In this document: piece by piece, positions 63,312 to 64,000 of the stretch
Position numbering within the stretch: the stretch's first letter is position 1
Layout of the letters: each line of letters starts with the position of its first letter
Assembly (NCBI GenBank): GCA_963832495.1
Contig: CAWHUF010000005.1
Coordinates: 1,813,766-1,877,765 of the forward strand
Source: an uncultured Acidobacteriota bacterium
GTDB lineage: Bacteria; Acidobacteriota; Thermoanaerobaculia; Multivoradales; UBA5704
Reading direction: 5' to 3'
Length of the DNA: 64,000 bases
Position numbers and translations under genes: made by a program
Notes under the pieces: model-generated
What the model was told of the DNA's origin: nothing
What the model saw: only the letters and a program-made list of their open reading frames with translations
The model's database searches: none

Positions 63312-63403
63312 AGAGACCAGAGCCGTCCCTGCACCTTCCGCCCCCGAGTATCTAAGACCTTGGTCCGATTTACCCGCGAGTAACTCGCTGGCATTCTCCT
63401 CAA

Positions 63404-64000
63404 GTGGAGAGAAATGTGAGATGGCAAGTCCTGGTGCTCGCCCTGGCGGCAGCTCCGGTCCTGGGCGACGAGCTGTTCCTCAAGGGCGGCGGCAGGGTCA
63501 CGGGCGAGATCGTCAAGGAGACCGACGACGGCGATGACCGTCGACATCGGCGCGGGGAACATGACCGTCCCGAAGTCGTCCGTGGTGCGGGTCGAGAGGA
63601 GCGCCTCGCCGCTGCAGCAGTACCGCGCGCAGGCCAGCGATCCTCGCGCCCGAGGACGTCGAGGGCTGGAGGAAGCTGGGCCGCTGGGCGGCGGGCCAGG
63701 GGCTCACGAAGCAGGCTCGCGAGGCCTTCACCAAGGTGAAGGCCATCGTGCCCGACGACCCGGAGGCGAATCGCGCCCTCGGTCTGGTTCTGCTCGACGG
63801 CCACTGGGTCACCGAGAAGGAAAGCTTCACCGCCCGCGGTTTCGTGCAGTTCGAGGGCGAATGGATGACGCCGGCAGAAAGGCAGGCGATCCTGGGGGAG
63901 CGGCAGGCCAGCGAGGAGGCGGACCGCCAGGCGCTGGACGCCCAGATCGAGGCCGACCAGGCGGCGCGGGCTGAGCAGGAGGCGCGCGAAGACGCGGAGC
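63404..64000 (+). CDS. secreted hypothetical protein with coiled-coil C-terminal region (partial at window end; frameshifted)
   Basis: GTG/ATG start near 63404-63418, then signal-like RWQVLVLALAAAPVLG...; downstream frames give ...MTVDIGAGNMTVPKSSVVRVERSASPLQQYRAQAS and ...EGWRKLGRWAAGQGLTKQAREAFTKVKAIVPDDPEANRALGLVLLDGHWVTEKESFTARGFVQFEGEWMTPAERQAILGERQASEEADRQALDAQIEADQAARAEQE. Confidence 0.35.

Overview
High-GC (~68%) bacterial chromosomal window, probably from an Acidobacteriota-like genome. The basis for that guess is four tandem paralogs of the 'VWFA-related acidobacterial domain' (TIGR03436-like) family. The window holds about 55 genes of mixed accessory character.

Main content, in order:
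- An AraC-family regulator and an aldo-keto reductase, separated by an IS4-family insertion with an 11-bp TSD.
- SDR, alpha/beta hydrolase and cupin-CMD genes.
- A PaoABC-like periplasmic Mo/FAD/2Fe-2S aldehyde oxidoreductase with RidA and ABM genes downstream.
- An AT-rich islet.
- A secreted FN3/lamin-tail protein.
- An AhpD/CMD-family gene with an in-frame TGA at the second Cys of its CxxC motif and a hairpin 10 nt downstream, which is a candidate selenoprotein.
- A DUF1015 gene.
- A sulfate-uptake locus: CysA fused to tandem UspA domains, an OprO/P-type anion porin, then Sbp, CysT and CysW.
- An IS1182-family insertion into the 3' end of a FitA/VapB-like RHH antitoxin gene.
- A tandem VOC protein.
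- A ~4.1-kb minus-strand gene for a Sec-signal protein with a coiled coil, ~80 RTX nonapeptide repeats and two Cna-B/SdrD-like C-terminal domains. Upstream of it lies an array of TTTACAC...GTGTAAA palindromes.
- A ~200-bp MITE-like nested palindrome.
- Acyl-CoA dehydrogenase and Qor genes.
- A minus-strand operon of a CPBP intramembrane protease followed by the four VWFA-related paralogs.
- GlsB, an SGNH hydrolase, PilZ and GNAT genes.
- A 17-copy, exactly 21-bp tandem repeat array in a divergent promoter region.
- An MNT/HI0074 (HEPN-like) toxin-antitoxin pair.
- DUF3592x2, DUF2891, hemolysin-III and DUF885 genes.
- Alkaline phosphatase and a secreted repeat protein.
- A cupin gene, then IS630 with a TA duplication.
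- A GcvT-like/CrtI-like/CrtI-like operon, translationally coupled through ATGA overlaps, divergent from a Rieske oxygenase gene.

Caveat: at least 20 genes are split by +/-1 frameshifts. Those I traced sit in G/C homopolymers. This looks like homopolymer undercalling in an unpolished long-read assembly rather than true pseudogenes. I did not recognise any rRNA, tRNA or CRISPR array.
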